Part shown: positions 29,645 to 40,272 of the stretch, piece after piece
Numbering within the stretch: the first letter of the stretch is position 1
Layout: each line of letters opens with the position of its first letter
Source of the DNA: an uncultured virus (IMG/VR IMGVR_UViG_3300034101_003821)
Lineage: Duplodnaviria; Heunggongvirae; Uroviricota; Caudoviricetes
Reading direction: 5' to 3' (one strand)
Virus record (IMG/VR): IMGVR_UViG_3300034101_003821
Length of the DNA: 64,000 nt
Position numbers and translations under genes: made by a program
Notes under the pieces: model-generated
Seen by the model: only the letters and a program-made list of their open reading frames with translations
Told to the model about the DNA's origin: nothing
Database searches by the model: none

Positions 29645-30409
29645 ATGATTACAGTTGGTTTAAATAAAGTTTTTGTTGAGGAAAACATTGCTCTTGGTAA
29701 CCATATGTTCCAATATTCAATTTGTCGTATAGTTGCAATGGAAAATAATTACAAATTTTATATACCATATAGTGGACATTTAAAAAAATGTTTTCCCAAT
29801 ATTGATTTAGGAGAATCTGATGGTTTTGTCAAATACAACTATTATGAAAGTTTTGAACAAAATTATGATGAAAATATTTTCAGGGTAAAAGATTTTACAA
29901 ATTTAAATGGTTATTTCCAAACAGAAAAATATTACTCTAAGTATAAAAATTTAATAACTGAATGGTTCAAAATTGAAAGTTGTGAAAAAACTAATGAAAT
30001 ATTATCTAAATATCCTATTGACAAATTTTGTTATATTCACATCAGAGGAGGTGATAATAAAATAGGAACGAACAATTGGTTAATTCCTAAAAAATATTAT
30101 GAAAAAGCAATTAACGAAATAAAACAACACAATAAAAATTTATCTTTTGTTATTGTGACTGATGATGTCGAATTATCCAAATCGTATTTTGATAATATTG
30201 AGATAATATCTAATGATGTCATAACTGATTTTAAAGTTCTATTTTTTTCAAAATATTGTATAATATCAGCATCAACATTTTCATGGTGGGCGGCATGGTT
30301 GAATAAAAAAGAATTAACAATAGCACCTAAATTTTGGTTAAACTATAATCAACCCGAAAAAGGTTGGTATCCAAATGAAATAAAATGTAAAAATTTTACT
30401 TACCTATAG
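29645..30409 (+). CDS. GT11-like glycosyltransferase
   Basis: LGNHMFQ, GYFQTEKY, HIRGGD, STFSWWAAWL. Confidence 0.8.
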   Translation: MITVGLNKVFVEENIALGNHMFQYSICRIVAMENNYKFYIPYSGHLKKCFPNIDLGESDGFVKYNYYESFEQNYDENIFRVKDFTNLNGYFQTEKYYSKYKNLITEWFKIESCEKTNEILSKYPIDKFCYIHIRGGDNKIGTNNWLIPKKYYEKAINEIKQHNKNLSFVIVTDDVELSKSYFDNIEIISNDVITDFKVLFFSKYCIISASTFSWWAAWLNKKELTIAPKFWLNYNQPEKGWYPNEIKCKNFTYL

Positions 30410-30424
30410 TAAAAAAAAAGTTAA

Positions 30425-31150
30425 ATGACACAAAGAAAAAAACCAACACAACCTCAGGAAACTGAAACAAAAAAAACTAAGAAAGAAATAATTTCTGAGA
30501 TTATTAAAAAAAAGTCGAAAGAAAAATTCCTGACTGAGAATCAAAAGTTTTATTATGATTTACTTAAAAAAAATCAAATAACAATTTGTTCAGGACCAGC
30601 AGGTGTTGGTAAATCATATATAGCAATGAAGGCAGCAATTGACTTATTAGCTGACCCTCAGTCACCATATGAGAAAATAATTATCGTAAGACCAGCTGTA
30701 GAAGCGGAAGAAAAATTAGGTGCATTACCTGGAAACGTAGAAGAAAAATTAGACCCATATATTTTTCCTTCATATTATTTGATGAACAAAATTATTGGGA
30801 AGGAAGCAAGAGAAAAACTTAAAGAAAACGATATCATCGAAGTTTTTGCCTTGGCGTATATGAGAGGTATGAATATTGACAACTCAATCTTGATATTTGA
30901 AGAAGCTCAAAATTCGACTCCAAATCAAATGAAATTACTCTTGACAAGGATAGGTTTCAATAGTAAATTTTTCATAAGTGGTGACCTTGAACAAACGGAT
31001 AGGTACAAAGATAAAACACATACAGGACTTTATGATGCCATTAAAAAGTTTAAAGAACTTGATGATGTGGGTATTTTTGAATTCTCTAATCAAGACGTTG
31101 TAAGAAATCCATTAATTGGTAAAATCTTAAGAAGATACGAAGATAAATGA
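30425..31150 (+). CDS. phoH: PhoH-family ATPase
   Basis: GPAGVGKS, RPAVEAEEKLGALPG, AYMRG, EEAQN, LTRIG..SK..ISGD..Q.D. Confidence 0.92.
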   Translation: MTQRKKPTQPQETETKKTKKEIISEIIKKKSKEKFLTENQKFYYDLLKKNQITICSGPAGVGKSYIAMKAAIDLLADPQSPYEKIIIVRPAVEAEEKLGALPGNVEEKLDPYIFPSYYLMNKIIGKEAREKLKENDIIEVFALAYMRGMNIDNSILIFEEAQNSTPNQMKLLLTRIGFNSKFFISGDLEQTDRYKDKTHTGLYDAIKKFKELDDVGIFEFSNQDVVRNPLIGKILRRYEDK

Positions 31151-31794
31151 GGATAGCTATAGATATTAATGGGGTTTTAAGAGATACTATTGGTAAATTT
31201 AAACAACTATACGAAAAACATTTAATTGATTCCCCACAAAGTGAGTACCTAAATCCAACGTATACAATTGATTTATCAGGTAATACAGAAATCCAAAATG
31301 TTTCAGAACCATTTGAGTACAAAATTTTATCGGATGTCAGTAGTTTGGATTTGAAGAACCATTTTGCGTTTCAAAATGAAGAGGAATATTATACATTTAT
31401 GTATGAAGAATATTGTATGGAACTATTTGGTCATGCTCCCTCAATAGAAATGTCAACTTTCTATGATTTAAATGATGTTTATCATAATCTGAGACAAAAT
31501 GTTGATTTTCTTTTGGTTTCAGATGAAATTGGAAAATCTAAACCAGCGACTCTTTTCTTTTTATCTAAGTTTGGGTGTGAATTGGAAAAGATTGTCTTCT
31601 ATTCTAATATCACAATAAATTCTTTGTGGGATGAATTTGATGTTTTACTTACAGCAAATCCTAACCTATTATTGAATCATCCAAAAGACAAAAAGGTAAT
31701 CAAATTTAGTACTGATTATAATAAGGATATAAATAAATATGACTCAATCACAAGTTTGAAAGAGTTAGAACCAATACTCAAACAAATAATATAA
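31147..31794 (+). CDS. HAD-like (5'(3')-nucleotidase-like) protein, possibly degenerate
   Basis: N-terminal RIAIDINGVLRD (DxD motif reads DIN). Confidence 0.5.
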   Translation: MRIAIDINGVLRDTIGKFKQLYEKHLIDSPQSEYLNPTYTIDLSGNTEIQNVSEPFEYKILSDVSSLDLKNHFAFQNEEEYYTFMYEEYCMELFGHAPSIEMSTFYDLNDVYHNLRQNVDFLLVSDEIGKSKPATLFFLSKFGCELEKIVFYSNITINSLWDEFDVLLTANPNLLLNHPKDKKVIKFSTDYNKDINKYDSITSLKELEPILKQII

Positions 31795-32063
31795 TGTTAA
31801 AAATATTAGGCGAAAATTATTATTTCGATATAGATGCGATAGAAAATTACATAAACGTTGACCCCCCTAAAGATTATAGTGGTGTACCACAAAATCATAT
31901 AAGTGTAGTAAAATACGAAATGGTCAAAATGATGACTGAAACACTTATTGTAGAAAACGAAGAAGCAGATGAAACATTAGGAATGAAAAGTACAGAACTT
32001 TCAATTCCTTTTAGATTAGCATTTAATTCATTACTATATAAAAAATTAATAAATAAAATTTAA
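31794..32063 (+). CDS. Hypothetical protein
   Basis: 89 aa, translationally coupled. Confidence 0.7.
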   Translation: MLKILGENYYFDIDAIENYINVDPPKDYSGVPQNHISVVKYEMVKMMTETLIVENEEADETLGMKSTELSIPFRLAFNSLLYKKLINKI

Positions 32064-32064
32064 T

Positions 32065-33123
32065 ATGAATTCTGAACAAATACAAAAAGTAGAACAATCA
32101 ATTAAAAATTTAAAAGACAAGAAGTCGAAAATTTATCTTTTAGTACAAGATACTAAAGGTAATGCAAAAGCATCAGTAGCTTACATTTATAATATGGGGT
32201 TAACATTGATGGAAGATGGATTTAATGTTATTATGTTACATGAAAAAAATGATTACTATGGTGTTGGTTCTTGGTTAGGTGAGGAATATATGAAAATTCC
32301 ACACACATTCATTGAAGGACAAAACCTATCTGTAGCTCCTGAGGACTTCATAGTTGTACCTGAAATTTATGGTTTTGTTATGGAACAGATAACTAAGTTA
32401 CCTTGTGGAAAAATTGTTTTAACCCAAGCTTATGACCACATTTTAGAAACCTTACAACCAGGTCAATCTTGGACTCAATTAGGATTTTACAAATGTATTA
32501 CAACATCAAATATGATTAAGGAATATTTGGAAAACACAATGAGAGGGGTTTCTTTTGATGTGTTAGAACCATTTATCTCAGAAAGTTTTACAAAACAAAA
32601 ATTACCAAACAAACCGATTGTTGCAGTACACACTAGAGACCAAAGAGACACTTTAAACCTAATCAAAAGTTTTTATCTAAAATTCCCTCAATATAGATGG
32701 GTGACCTTCAAAGACATGAGAGGTTTGACTACTGAACAATTTGCCGAAGAACTAAAAAATTGTTTCATTTCTGTGTGGGTTGATGAAACCAGTTCTTATG
32801 GAACTTTTCCTTTGGAAAGTATGAAAACTAATATTCCTGTCATTGGTTTAGTACCTAATATAGTACCTGAATGGATGAGTGAAGACAACGGTTTGTGGAT
32901 AAATAACAAAACCCAAGTTGTTGATTTCTTGGCTGATTACATCCAAAATTGGTTGGAAGACAATACCAACCCAAAAATTATTTCTGAAATGGAAAAAACA
33001 GTTGAAAGTTTACCAACCAAAGAAAACTTTACTAAAAAAGTTAAAGAATTATTTAACGAATACGTGGAAAAAAGAGCCATAACCTTTGAAGAACAACTAA
33101 ACAAATTACAAGAAGTAGAATAA
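32065..33123 (+). CDS. GT-B-like putative glycosyltransferase
   Basis: DFIVVPEI, SSYGTFPLESM...IPVIG resembling the GT4 C-terminal motif. Confidence 0.55.
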   Translation: MNSEQIQKVEQSIKNLKDKKSKIYLLVQDTKGNAKASVAYIYNMGLTLMEDGFNVIMLHEKNDYYGVGSWLGEEYMKIPHTFIEGQNLSVAPEDFIVVPEIYGFVMEQITKLPCGKIVLTQAYDHILETLQPGQSWTQLGFYKCITTSNMIKEYLENTMRGVSFDVLEPFISESFTKQKLPNKPIVAVHTRDQRDTLNLIKSFYLKFPQYRWVTFKDMRGLTTEQFAEELKNCFISVWVDETSSYGTFPLESMKTNIPVIGLVPNIVPEWMSEDNGLWINNKTQVVDFLADYIQNWLEDNTNPKIISEMEKTVESLPTKENFTKKVKELFNEYVEKRAITFEEQLNKLQEVE

Positions 33124-33124
33124 T

Positions 33125-33928
33125 ATGGAAAAATTTAATGTATCAGTAATATTACCAATAAAATCGGGTTCGGCTTTTGACTTTGACGAATACTTTGTAA
33201 AAGCAATCACATCACTTAAAGAACAAAAAACTCAAATCAATGAATTAGTTATTGTTCACACTGATGAAACAAAATTATTAGAAGTACTTGATACTTATGA
33301 TTTTGGTGATTTAAATATTAAAAAAGTAAAGTGGGACTATGAACCTAACTTTTGTGAACAAGTTAACCTTGGTATCCAAGAATCAAGTTCTGAATGGATT
33401 TCTATTTTTGAATTTGATGATGAATATTCTAAAATTTGGTTTGACAACGTAGAAAAATATTCATCAGTTTATAATGATGTTGACGTATTCCTACCAATCG
33501 TTGTTGATACTGATGAAAAAGGAAAATTTGTTGGATTTACTAATGAGGCAACCTTTGCTTTGAATATTTCAAGTGAAATTGGTTTATTGACAAATGAAGT
33601 TCTACAACAATATCAGAACTTTCAAATTTCGGGTATGGTTATTAAAAAATCAGCTTTAGAAAGTACTGGTTTATTCAAAGGAACTATCAAACTTACATTT
33701 GGTTATGAATTTTTACTAAGGGCTTCACATTATGGTTTAAAAATTATGTCACTACCCAAAATTGGTTACAAACATACTAATTTCAGACCAGGTTCTATAT
33801 TTTGGAACTACAAAAATGGAGATAGTCAACTTCAACCTGATGAAGTTAAATTTTGGATTGAGAGTGCAAAAAAAGAATATTTCTTCACTAGTGATAGAAA
33901 AATAAAGTATGAAGGACAAACAATTTAA
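33125..33928 (+). CDS. GT2-like glycosyltransferase
   Basis: VSVILPI, N.GIQ.SSSEWISIFEFDD. Confidence 0.6.
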   Translation: MEKFNVSVILPIKSGSAFDFDEYFVKAITSLKEQKTQINELVIVHTDETKLLEVLDTYDFGDLNIKKVKWDYEPNFCEQVNLGIQESSSEWISIFEFDDEYSKIWFDNVEKYSSVYNDVDVFLPIVVDTDEKGKFVGFTNEATFALNISSEIGLLTNEVLQQYQNFQISGMVIKKSALESTGLFKGTIKLTFGYEFLLRASHYGLKIMSLPKIGYKHTNFRPGSIFWNYKNGDSQLQPDEVKFWIESAKKEYFFTSDRKIKYEGQTI

Positions 33929-34680
33929 TGACCGAAACAAATATCATTTCAGGTGATACTATTTTAGATTCTAAAAAAAAGGGAAGAAAACCAAAACAAA
34001 AAAACTATTTCGATATACAAGAAGAAGTTGCTGTAGTCGATTATCTTAATGCGGAGACATCGGAGGAAAAAAACAAGATTTATAATGAATTCCTCCGAAT
34101 TCCACTTGATAAAATGATTTCATCAATTATTCGTAGGTACAAATTATATCGAAAGGATATGGATTTCGAAGAACTACATATAGATACACATTCATTTCTA
34201 ATGACTAAAATAGACAAGTTTAAGCCCTCGAAGGAAAAGAAGGCTTATTCTTATTTTGGTACAATCTGTAAAAATTATTTGATGGGTCAAATAATTAAAG
34301 ATGCTAAGGAAACCAATAGAAAAATATCATACGAGGATATCTCCTCAGATTTAGAAAATGATGAAAATTTATCATACTCAATTGATAATGACACATTAGA
34401 TTCTCAAAATATTATTCAGAGTTTTTTAATTGAACTAGAAAAAGTTTTGAAAGAAAAAAACTTATCAGAAAATGAATTTAAGTTAGGTCAAGCACTTATG
34501 GAATTGTTTGAAAACTATGACTCAATTTTTATTGGTAACTCAAACAATAAATTTAATAAAAATGTGATTCTTCTTTCCCTTCGAGAAATGACTAATTTAT
34601 CAACTAAAGAAATTAGGGTTTGTATAAAACGATATAAAAATATTTATATTAGTATGCTTGACAAAATGATGCAAGAATAA
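33928..34680 (+). CDS. T4 gp55-like late-transcription sigma factor
   Basis: NYF near the N-terminus; IDKFKPSK..KAYSYFGTICKNY resembles sigma region 2 of gp55-type factors; T4-like context. Confidence 0.65.
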   Translation: MTETNIISGDTILDSKKKGRKPKQKNYFDIQEEVAVVDYLNAETSEEKNKIYNEFLRIPLDKMISSIIRRYKLYRKDMDFEELHIDTHSFLMTKIDKFKPSKEKKAYSYFGTICKNYLMGQIIKDAKETNRKISYEDISSDLENDENLSYSIDNDTLDSQNIIQSFLIELEKVLKEKNLSENEFKLGQALMELFENYDSIFIGNSNNKFNKNVILLSLREMTNLSTKEIRVCIKRYKNIYISMLDKMMQE

Positions 34681-34691
34681 AACAAAAACCT

Positions 34692-35066
34692 ATGGCCAGA
34701 CCTCACAAAAAAGAAATTAATTTAACGAAAGAATCAATGCTTTCTTTGATGCAAGAGATATATAACGAACTTGTAGAACAGAGAAACACAGCTATTCGTA
34801 TACAAAATAAAATGTTGACTATGATGAAAGAACCTGAAGATATGACTCTCATAGGTCCTGTTATAGAAAAACAACAAAAGATAATAAATGATTGTGTTGA
34901 GAAAAAGTTGACACTTTCAAAGTTACAATCCTCAATGTGGGAAAAAAGTAACAACACAAAAGAATCATTCTCAATTTCTGATATAGATGTTGATGATGAT
35001 ATTATAAAAGATTTATTAGAAAGAGATGTTTCAAAAACTGATAATGTTTACAAAATGAAAAAATAA
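34692..35066 (+). CDS. Hypothetical coiled-coil protein
   Basis: 124 aa ORF. Confidence 0.7.
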   Translation: MARPHKKEINLTKESMLSLMQEIYNELVEQRNTAIRIQNKMLTMMKEPEDMTLIGPVIEKQQKIINDCVEKKLTLSKLQSSMWEKSNNTKESFSISDIDVDDDIIKDLLERDVSKTDNVYKMKK

Positions 35067-36982
35067 TGTCATTAGACCTCAGTTTTGATTATGAATCAGC
35101 CAAGAAAAAAATTGCGGCTACGAGTGCTTATAAAGATTTAAAAGAAAAATTTGATAAAGCACAAGAAAAATCTGGTGATTCACAAGAGAAAGCTTTGGAC
35201 GCAATCCAAAGTAAATTAGACCAAGTAAAAGAACAAACTAAAAGATATCAAAAAGATATAAAAAATCAATTTGAGCAACTTTTAGATTTGAATAACGTGA
35301 CTGGTGGTAAAGGTTCTAATACAATTTCTTATATCAAACGTCTCTTAATCCAAACGCTTAAAAATATTGAACCAAGAATTGCTGAAATAATAAATGAAGA
35401 AGCGATTACGGCAATAGGTTGTGACCAACAACAAACTTTTTCATCAAACCAAGGTGGTGCACCACTTTATATTAAAGTAAGTTCAATTGACTTAGGTGGA
35501 TTATTAAAAAAGAATCCTACTGAAGGTGCTGGTAAAGTACTATATGAAAAATTACAAATAGACATTCAAAAGGCACCATTCTCTATGAATAGAGAACTAT
35601 ATCAAAGGATTCAAAGTGGTTCACCATATAATTCAGACAATGGTTCATATTATTTAGGTAAATCAGGACAACCCCTTTTTGATATCCAATTTGTTGACCA
35701 AACAATTTATGGACAAACTGGTGGTTTTTATGCTATCACGTTAGCCAATCGAGTTAATGGTGTTAATAAAGTTGGGGACTTTTTATTAGATTATTTTGGT
35801 ACTATAAAAATGTTTGATTTTGAAACAGTTTTACCCGCAATATTAGAATCATTGTGTGGGGCTATATCAATTTCAGCAAACATTGGTTTCGCTCAAGCAG
35901 AAAACGCATCAAGATTTGAATTATTCATACAAAGAATTTTAGGTCTTTGTTTTGATAATGTTTCAGAAATTGATGTACAAGGTACTGCAAAATTAGCAGA
36001 ACTAGATGGTATAGATGATTCATTTTTTGAACTTACAGAATTGGATTTAAGGAAAATAGAGCAAAAAATAGCAAACATACAAAAAGGTGTTGTTACATTT
36101 GTTGAGTGTAATAATGTTGATTTACCAGTAGATGCTGATTCTATATTAAATGCTTTAGAAAATTTAAGATTTATACCTGATAGTGATTTGGTCGATGCCG
36201 CAGATAAAATAACACAAACCTTAACTGACAATCCCCAATGGCAAGGTTTAGTATTAACAGGTGATATCAAAGCTACAGTGGACTTCAACTTTGTAAAACT
36301 TATTGTTCAAGGTTTAATATTTTCAATATTAACTCCGAAAGTATTATTACCAATATTCATTATCTTAAAAGCTTTAGGAAGAACTATCATTGACCAAATT
36401 AATAGTTGGAGGGATTTTATAACTCAATTCAGAAAATTTATAATAAATTTCATATCCAAAGTTGGGGCTATATTTGTTGAGGAACTTTTCAATTTAATCA
36501 AAAAAGATATTCTCAATTTATTACAAACTGTTATAAAAGATTTAGCTAAAGAAAAAGTAGATAAAAGATTAATAATGATTATTAAACTTGTACAATTACT
36601 TTTAGTAATAGCACAATTTATAAGGGATTTCAGGAAGTGTAAAAGTGTTATTGATGAAATTCTTTGGCTATTGAAAATAGCGTTATCAGGATGGGGTGGT
36701 GAAATTCCATTACCTTTATTAGCGGTTTCTCAATTGTTGGATGGGTACTCTGAAACAAGAGCATTCATTGGTGCAATTGAAGAATTACAAAGATTAGGAA
36801 TTCCAACAGGTGATTTACCAGATGGGAGTCCAAATTTGGGTATATTGAGTATATTAGCTCAAATGAAAGCTATGGCTAATGAAAATTCAGAAAATGGAAA
36901 AACACAAATATTTATTCCACCATTAGCAATTACACCAGCTGGAGTTACAACACCAGCAACAGGATTTGGAAAATCATATTAA
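35066..36982 (+). CDS. Hypothetical large protein (probably virion/baseplate region)
   Basis: 638 aa, upstream of the gp5-like gene. Confidence 0.6.
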   Translation: MSLDLSFDYESAKKKIAATSAYKDLKEKFDKAQEKSGDSQEKALDAIQSKLDQVKEQTKRYQKDIKNQFEQLLDLNNVTGGKGSNTISYIKRLLIQTLKNIEPRIAEIINEEAITAIGCDQQQTFSSNQGGAPLYIKVSSIDLGGLLKKNPTEGAGKVLYEKLQIDIQKAPFSMNRELYQRIQSGSPYNSDNGSYYLGKSGQPLFDIQFVDQTIYGQTGGFYAITLANRVNGVNKVGDFLLDYFGTIKMFDFETVLPAILESLCGAISISANIGFAQAENASRFELFIQRILGLCFDNVSEIDVQGTAKLAELDGIDDSFFELTELDLRKIEQKIANIQKGVVTFVECNNVDLPVDADSILNALENLRFIPDSDLVDAADKITQTLTDNPQWQGLVLTGDIKATVDFNFVKLIVQGLIFSILTPKVLLPIFIILKALGRTIIDQINSWRDFITQFRKFIINFISKVGAIFVEELFNLIKKDILNLLQTVIKDLAKEKVDKRLIMIIKLVQLLLVIAQFIRDFRKCKSVIDEILWLLKIALSGWGGEIPLPLLAVSQLLDGYSETRAFIGAIEELQRLGIPTGDLPDGSPNLGILSILAQMKAMANENSENGKTQIFIPPLAITPAGVTTPATGFGKSY

Positions 36983-36983
36983 T

Positions 36984-37196
36984 ATGGGAAAAAAACAAGA
37001 TGCTGAAAAAGTTTTAAATATAGTTAAAGATTACAAATCACAATCAAACAAAGATTTGGTTTTTGCTATGGATTTTATGAAAGAAGATTTTGAACAAACG
37101 AAAGAAACTTTAATAAAATTAACTCATCATTTAGATAAGGTTGAACTAACCTATAACACAATTTTGAAAGAGTACGAAAGTAGAGTCAAAAAATGA
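36984..37196 (+). CDS. Hypothetical protein
   Basis: In-frame ATG at 36984 just after the previous stop; 70 aa. Confidence 0.65.
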   Translation: MGKKQDAEKVLNIVKDYKSQSNKDLVFAMDFMKEDFEQTKETLIKLTHHLDKVELTYNTILKEYESRVKK

Positions 37197-38767
37197 ACAT
37201 AAGTAATGAAAATATTCACCAGATAATTTTTCCTGGTATTGTTTTGGACAATAAAGACCCAATGATGTTGGGTAGGTTAAGGGTTATCCCCGAAACTGAA
37301 AATTATCAATCATTAATCAATTCAGTTCCCGATTGGAATGAGGAAAAAGACAAATGGACAAGAAAAGACCCTTTAGTTTTTTTACCATTATTACCCTTCT
37401 TTGTAAGTCAAACTCCCAAAATACAAGAGTATGTTCATATTTTTTATCAAAACAAAAAATTTGATAAAGAAAATAGATTTTATATACAAGGGCCATTCTC
37501 AACCCCACTTACAACTAAGTACGAATATTTCCAAGGGGCGAAAACTTATTTGGCTGCAGGTGTTCAAAACAAGGAAAGTTTTCCATTAAGAAATCCACAA
37601 GATGGAAGTTATAAAGAAAATGTTAAAGGTATATTTCCTGAACCTGGTGATAACGGATTTTTAGGTAGGGGTTCAGCTGATTTAATTCTTAAGGAAAATG
37701 AAGTTTTGATTAGAGCTGGAAAATCATTAAACATTACAGCTCAGTCCTTACCTCAAGAAAATCAAAATAGAGCATTCATTCAATTAACAAACTTTACACA
37801 AGAAAAGGTTTTAGGTGAACCTGATACATCAACAACACTTAAAGAGGATGTACAACTTGTCAAAAAAATAATTATTTGGGATATTGAAAATCTTGAAAAC
37901 CTATTTGATACATTCAATGGGTCAGTTTCAATTCATAATGTGATTCCATCTATCAAAACAAATACAAGAAACTTTAAAATAGATTCAATTAAAACTTTGA
38001 GTATGGGTACTGACTATGGTGCCGCTTTAGATACATTAACATTTTCAAACAAGAGTTATGATGATGCTGTATATTTAATTAATAAATTTATTGAGGGTAC
38101 ATTCAAAAGTGATATTGTTATAACAGGATATAGTTTTAATCAACAAAACTTTAAAGACCAATTTCCTTTTATAGTTACTCCATCAAAAATTACATATGAA
38201 ACAGGTATTAAAATATCACCTGATACTTTAGCTAGTGACTTCAAAGAAGGAATTAATTATTTGAGATTCAAACAAGGAATAAAACTTGTTCAAGGTAATT
38301 TAAAGAGTGGATTCTTTTTGGTTTCAGGTAATAAAGCAGGTAGTCCTGTGATAGGTCCTCAAGCAACACCAGTTCAAGAAACAACACAACCATCAATCTA
38401 TACAGATAGACCAATAAGTTATGGCGTTATGGGAGCTCAAAGGATTTATTTATTATCACAAGATTCACCAAGTCCAAAAAGTAGAAAATTATCACTAAAA
38501 GATACAATCTATGGTATTCCTCAGGATAGATTTATTGGAAGTAATGAAAACTCAATTGAGAATTTAACCTTCTCTGTTGTGAGAGGTGAAGAATTAATAA
38601 AATTATTAACCAAAATATACGCATTTCTTGAAGGTCATGTTCACCCATTCCCTGGTATGAAACCTGTACCAATCTCAACAAGAAGTGGGCAATCAATTAC
38701 AGAAATAGGTCAATTATTAGCTGACGCATCAAATACAATTCTAAATGGAAATATCCGAATTAATTGA
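37193..38767 (+). CDS. gp5/VgrG-like baseplate central spike protein
   Basis: N-terminal OB-fold signature GIVLDNKDPMMLGRLRV...P...EYVHIFY; C-terminal HVH (HxH metal-binding tip motif). Confidence 0.65.
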   Translation: MNISNENIHQIIFPGIVLDNKDPMMLGRLRVIPETENYQSLINSVPDWNEEKDKWTRKDPLVFLPLLPFFVSQTPKIQEYVHIFYQNKKFDKENRFYIQGPFSTPLTTKYEYFQGAKTYLAAGVQNKESFPLRNPQDGSYKENVKGIFPEPGDNGFLGRGSADLILKENEVLIRAGKSLNITAQSLPQENQNRAFIQLTNFTQEKVLGEPDTSTTLKEDVQLVKKIIIWDIENLENLFDTFNGSVSIHNVIPSIKTNTRNFKIDSIKTLSMGTDYGAALDTLTFSNKSYDDAVYLINKFIEGTFKSDIVITGYSFNQQNFKDQFPFIVTPSKITYETGIKISPDTLASDFKEGINYLRFKQGIKLVQGNLKSGFFLVSGNKAGSPVIGPQATPVQETTQPSIYTDRPISYGVMGAQRIYLLSQDSPSPKSRKLSLKDTIYGIPQDRFIGSNENSIENLTFSVVRGEELIKLLTKIYAFLEGHVHPFPGMKPVPISTRSGQSITEIGQLLADASNTILNGNIRIN

Positions 38768-38787
38768 TATTTATTAATAAAAGATAA

Positions 38788-40254
38788 ATGTCAATTCATA
38801 ATTCTTATTTCAGTAGAAATAATACAATAATTTCCAATAGTTACACAAACACTGGAAGAAATCCTGTTACAGAACTATTTTTCGGAGCTACAGCTATATC
38901 ACAATTTCCAAGTGGTTATAGTAGATTCATTTTTGATTTAGATTTGACTTTATTGAGACAAAAAATATCGAATGGTACAATTACTACTGGATGTACTAAT
39001 AGTATGGTACATACCCTTAGAATGACCAATACATCAAATTTCAATAAAGAATTACTCAACACCACAACGTCACAGACTAGAATGAGAGCAACATCTTTTG
39101 ATTTGTTCTTATTTAGAATACCTTATATAGATAATGACCCAGCTCAACCACAATATTGGGATGAGGGTGTTGGTTATGATTTTGCTGACTTGTTATATGA
39201 ATTCAGTGATTTAGATAGAAACTTTTCAGAAAGACCATCAAATTGGATTCAAAGAACCACTATAAATGATTGGGAAACACCAGGTTTATATAATAATAGA
39301 AATTCAGGAGCAACACCTTATAGTGGTCTCACAATTGTAGCAACCCAACATTTTGAATTTGGAGATGAAAACATATCTTTTGATATGACAAACGAAATCA
39401 ACAATATTCTTAATGGAGCAATTACTGGTGTGACAGGTTGGGGGATTGCCTATTTACCTCAAGTTGAATTACTATCAGGATTAACAGATACTTATGAAGT
39501 TCAATTTTTCACAAGACATACTCAAACTTTCTACGAACCATTTTTAGAAACGAATTACAATGATATTATTCAAGATGATAGAAATAGTTTCACTTTGGGT
39601 AAAGTTAACAAGTTATATTTGTATCTATATGAAGATGGTAATCCAATTAATTTAGATTCAAATCCTATAGTTTCAATCTTAGACAATTCAGGTAATGTTA
39701 TTCCAAGTTTATCAGCTATCACTGGTTGTCAAAGAACACAAGGTGTTTACGAAGTTGTTATACCGCCACTTATTGGTTACAAAACTCCTTGTACATTCTC
39801 TGATAGATGGACAAATCTATTTTATAATGGATTCCCACTACCTAACGTACTTAATGACTTTACACTCCAACCATTCAAAAACACATTTACAATTGGAACA
39901 AACTCAGTTGACCCCAAAATATATGGTTTTGATTATTATGGTATCAAACAAGATGAAAAAATATTTAATACAGACATTAGAAAGGTTGGGGTTATTATCA
40001 AACAAGCATATACCACAAACAGATTATTACCAAAAGTAAGTGCTTACTATCGTGTATATGTCAGAGAGGGACAAACAGAAGTCCAAGTTCAAGATTGGAC
40101 AGCAATTAACAGAACTCCAAATGAATACTACTTTATATTTGATACCAGAGATAAAATACCAAATGAATACTTTATTGATATTAAAGTTGAAAGTAGTAGG
40201 GAGGTTAATACTTATAAAAGACAAATCAAGTTCCAAATTGTGAACTATAAATAA
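38788..40254 (+). CDS. Hypothetical virion structural protein
   Basis: 488 aa, beta-rich, preceded by TATTTAT (38768-38774). Confidence 0.55.
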   Translation: MSIHNSYFSRNNTIISNSYTNTGRNPVTELFFGATAISQFPSGYSRFIFDLDLTLLRQKISNGTITTGCTNSMVHTLRMTNTSNFNKELLNTTTSQTRMRATSFDLFLFRIPYIDNDPAQPQYWDEGVGYDFADLLYEFSDLDRNFSERPSNWIQRTTINDWETPGLYNNRNSGATPYSGLTIVATQHFEFGDENISFDMTNEINNILNGAITGVTGWGIAYLPQVELLSGLTDTYEVQFFTRHTQTFYEPFLETNYNDIIQDDRNSFTLGKVNKLYLYLYEDGNPINLDSNPIVSILDNSGNVIPSLSAITGCQRTQGVYEVVIPPLIGYKTPCTFSDRWTNLFYNGFPLPNVLNDFTLQPFKNTFTIGTNSVDPKIYGFDYYGIKQDEKIFNTDIRKVGVIIKQAYTTNRLLPKVSAYYRVYVREGQTEVQVQDWTAINRTPNEYYFIFDTRDKIPNEYFIDIKVESSREVNTYKRQIKFQIVNYK

Positions 40255-40272
40255 TTATTATAACTAAAAAAT

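Noticed and set aside
8388..33928. Bacterial chromosomal O-antigen or capsule locus, i.e. a prophage boundary
   Set aside because: No flippase, polymerase or export genes. It is interleaved with phage-type genes (exonuclease, dUTPase, PhoH, gp55-like sigma) and has similar AT-rich composition.
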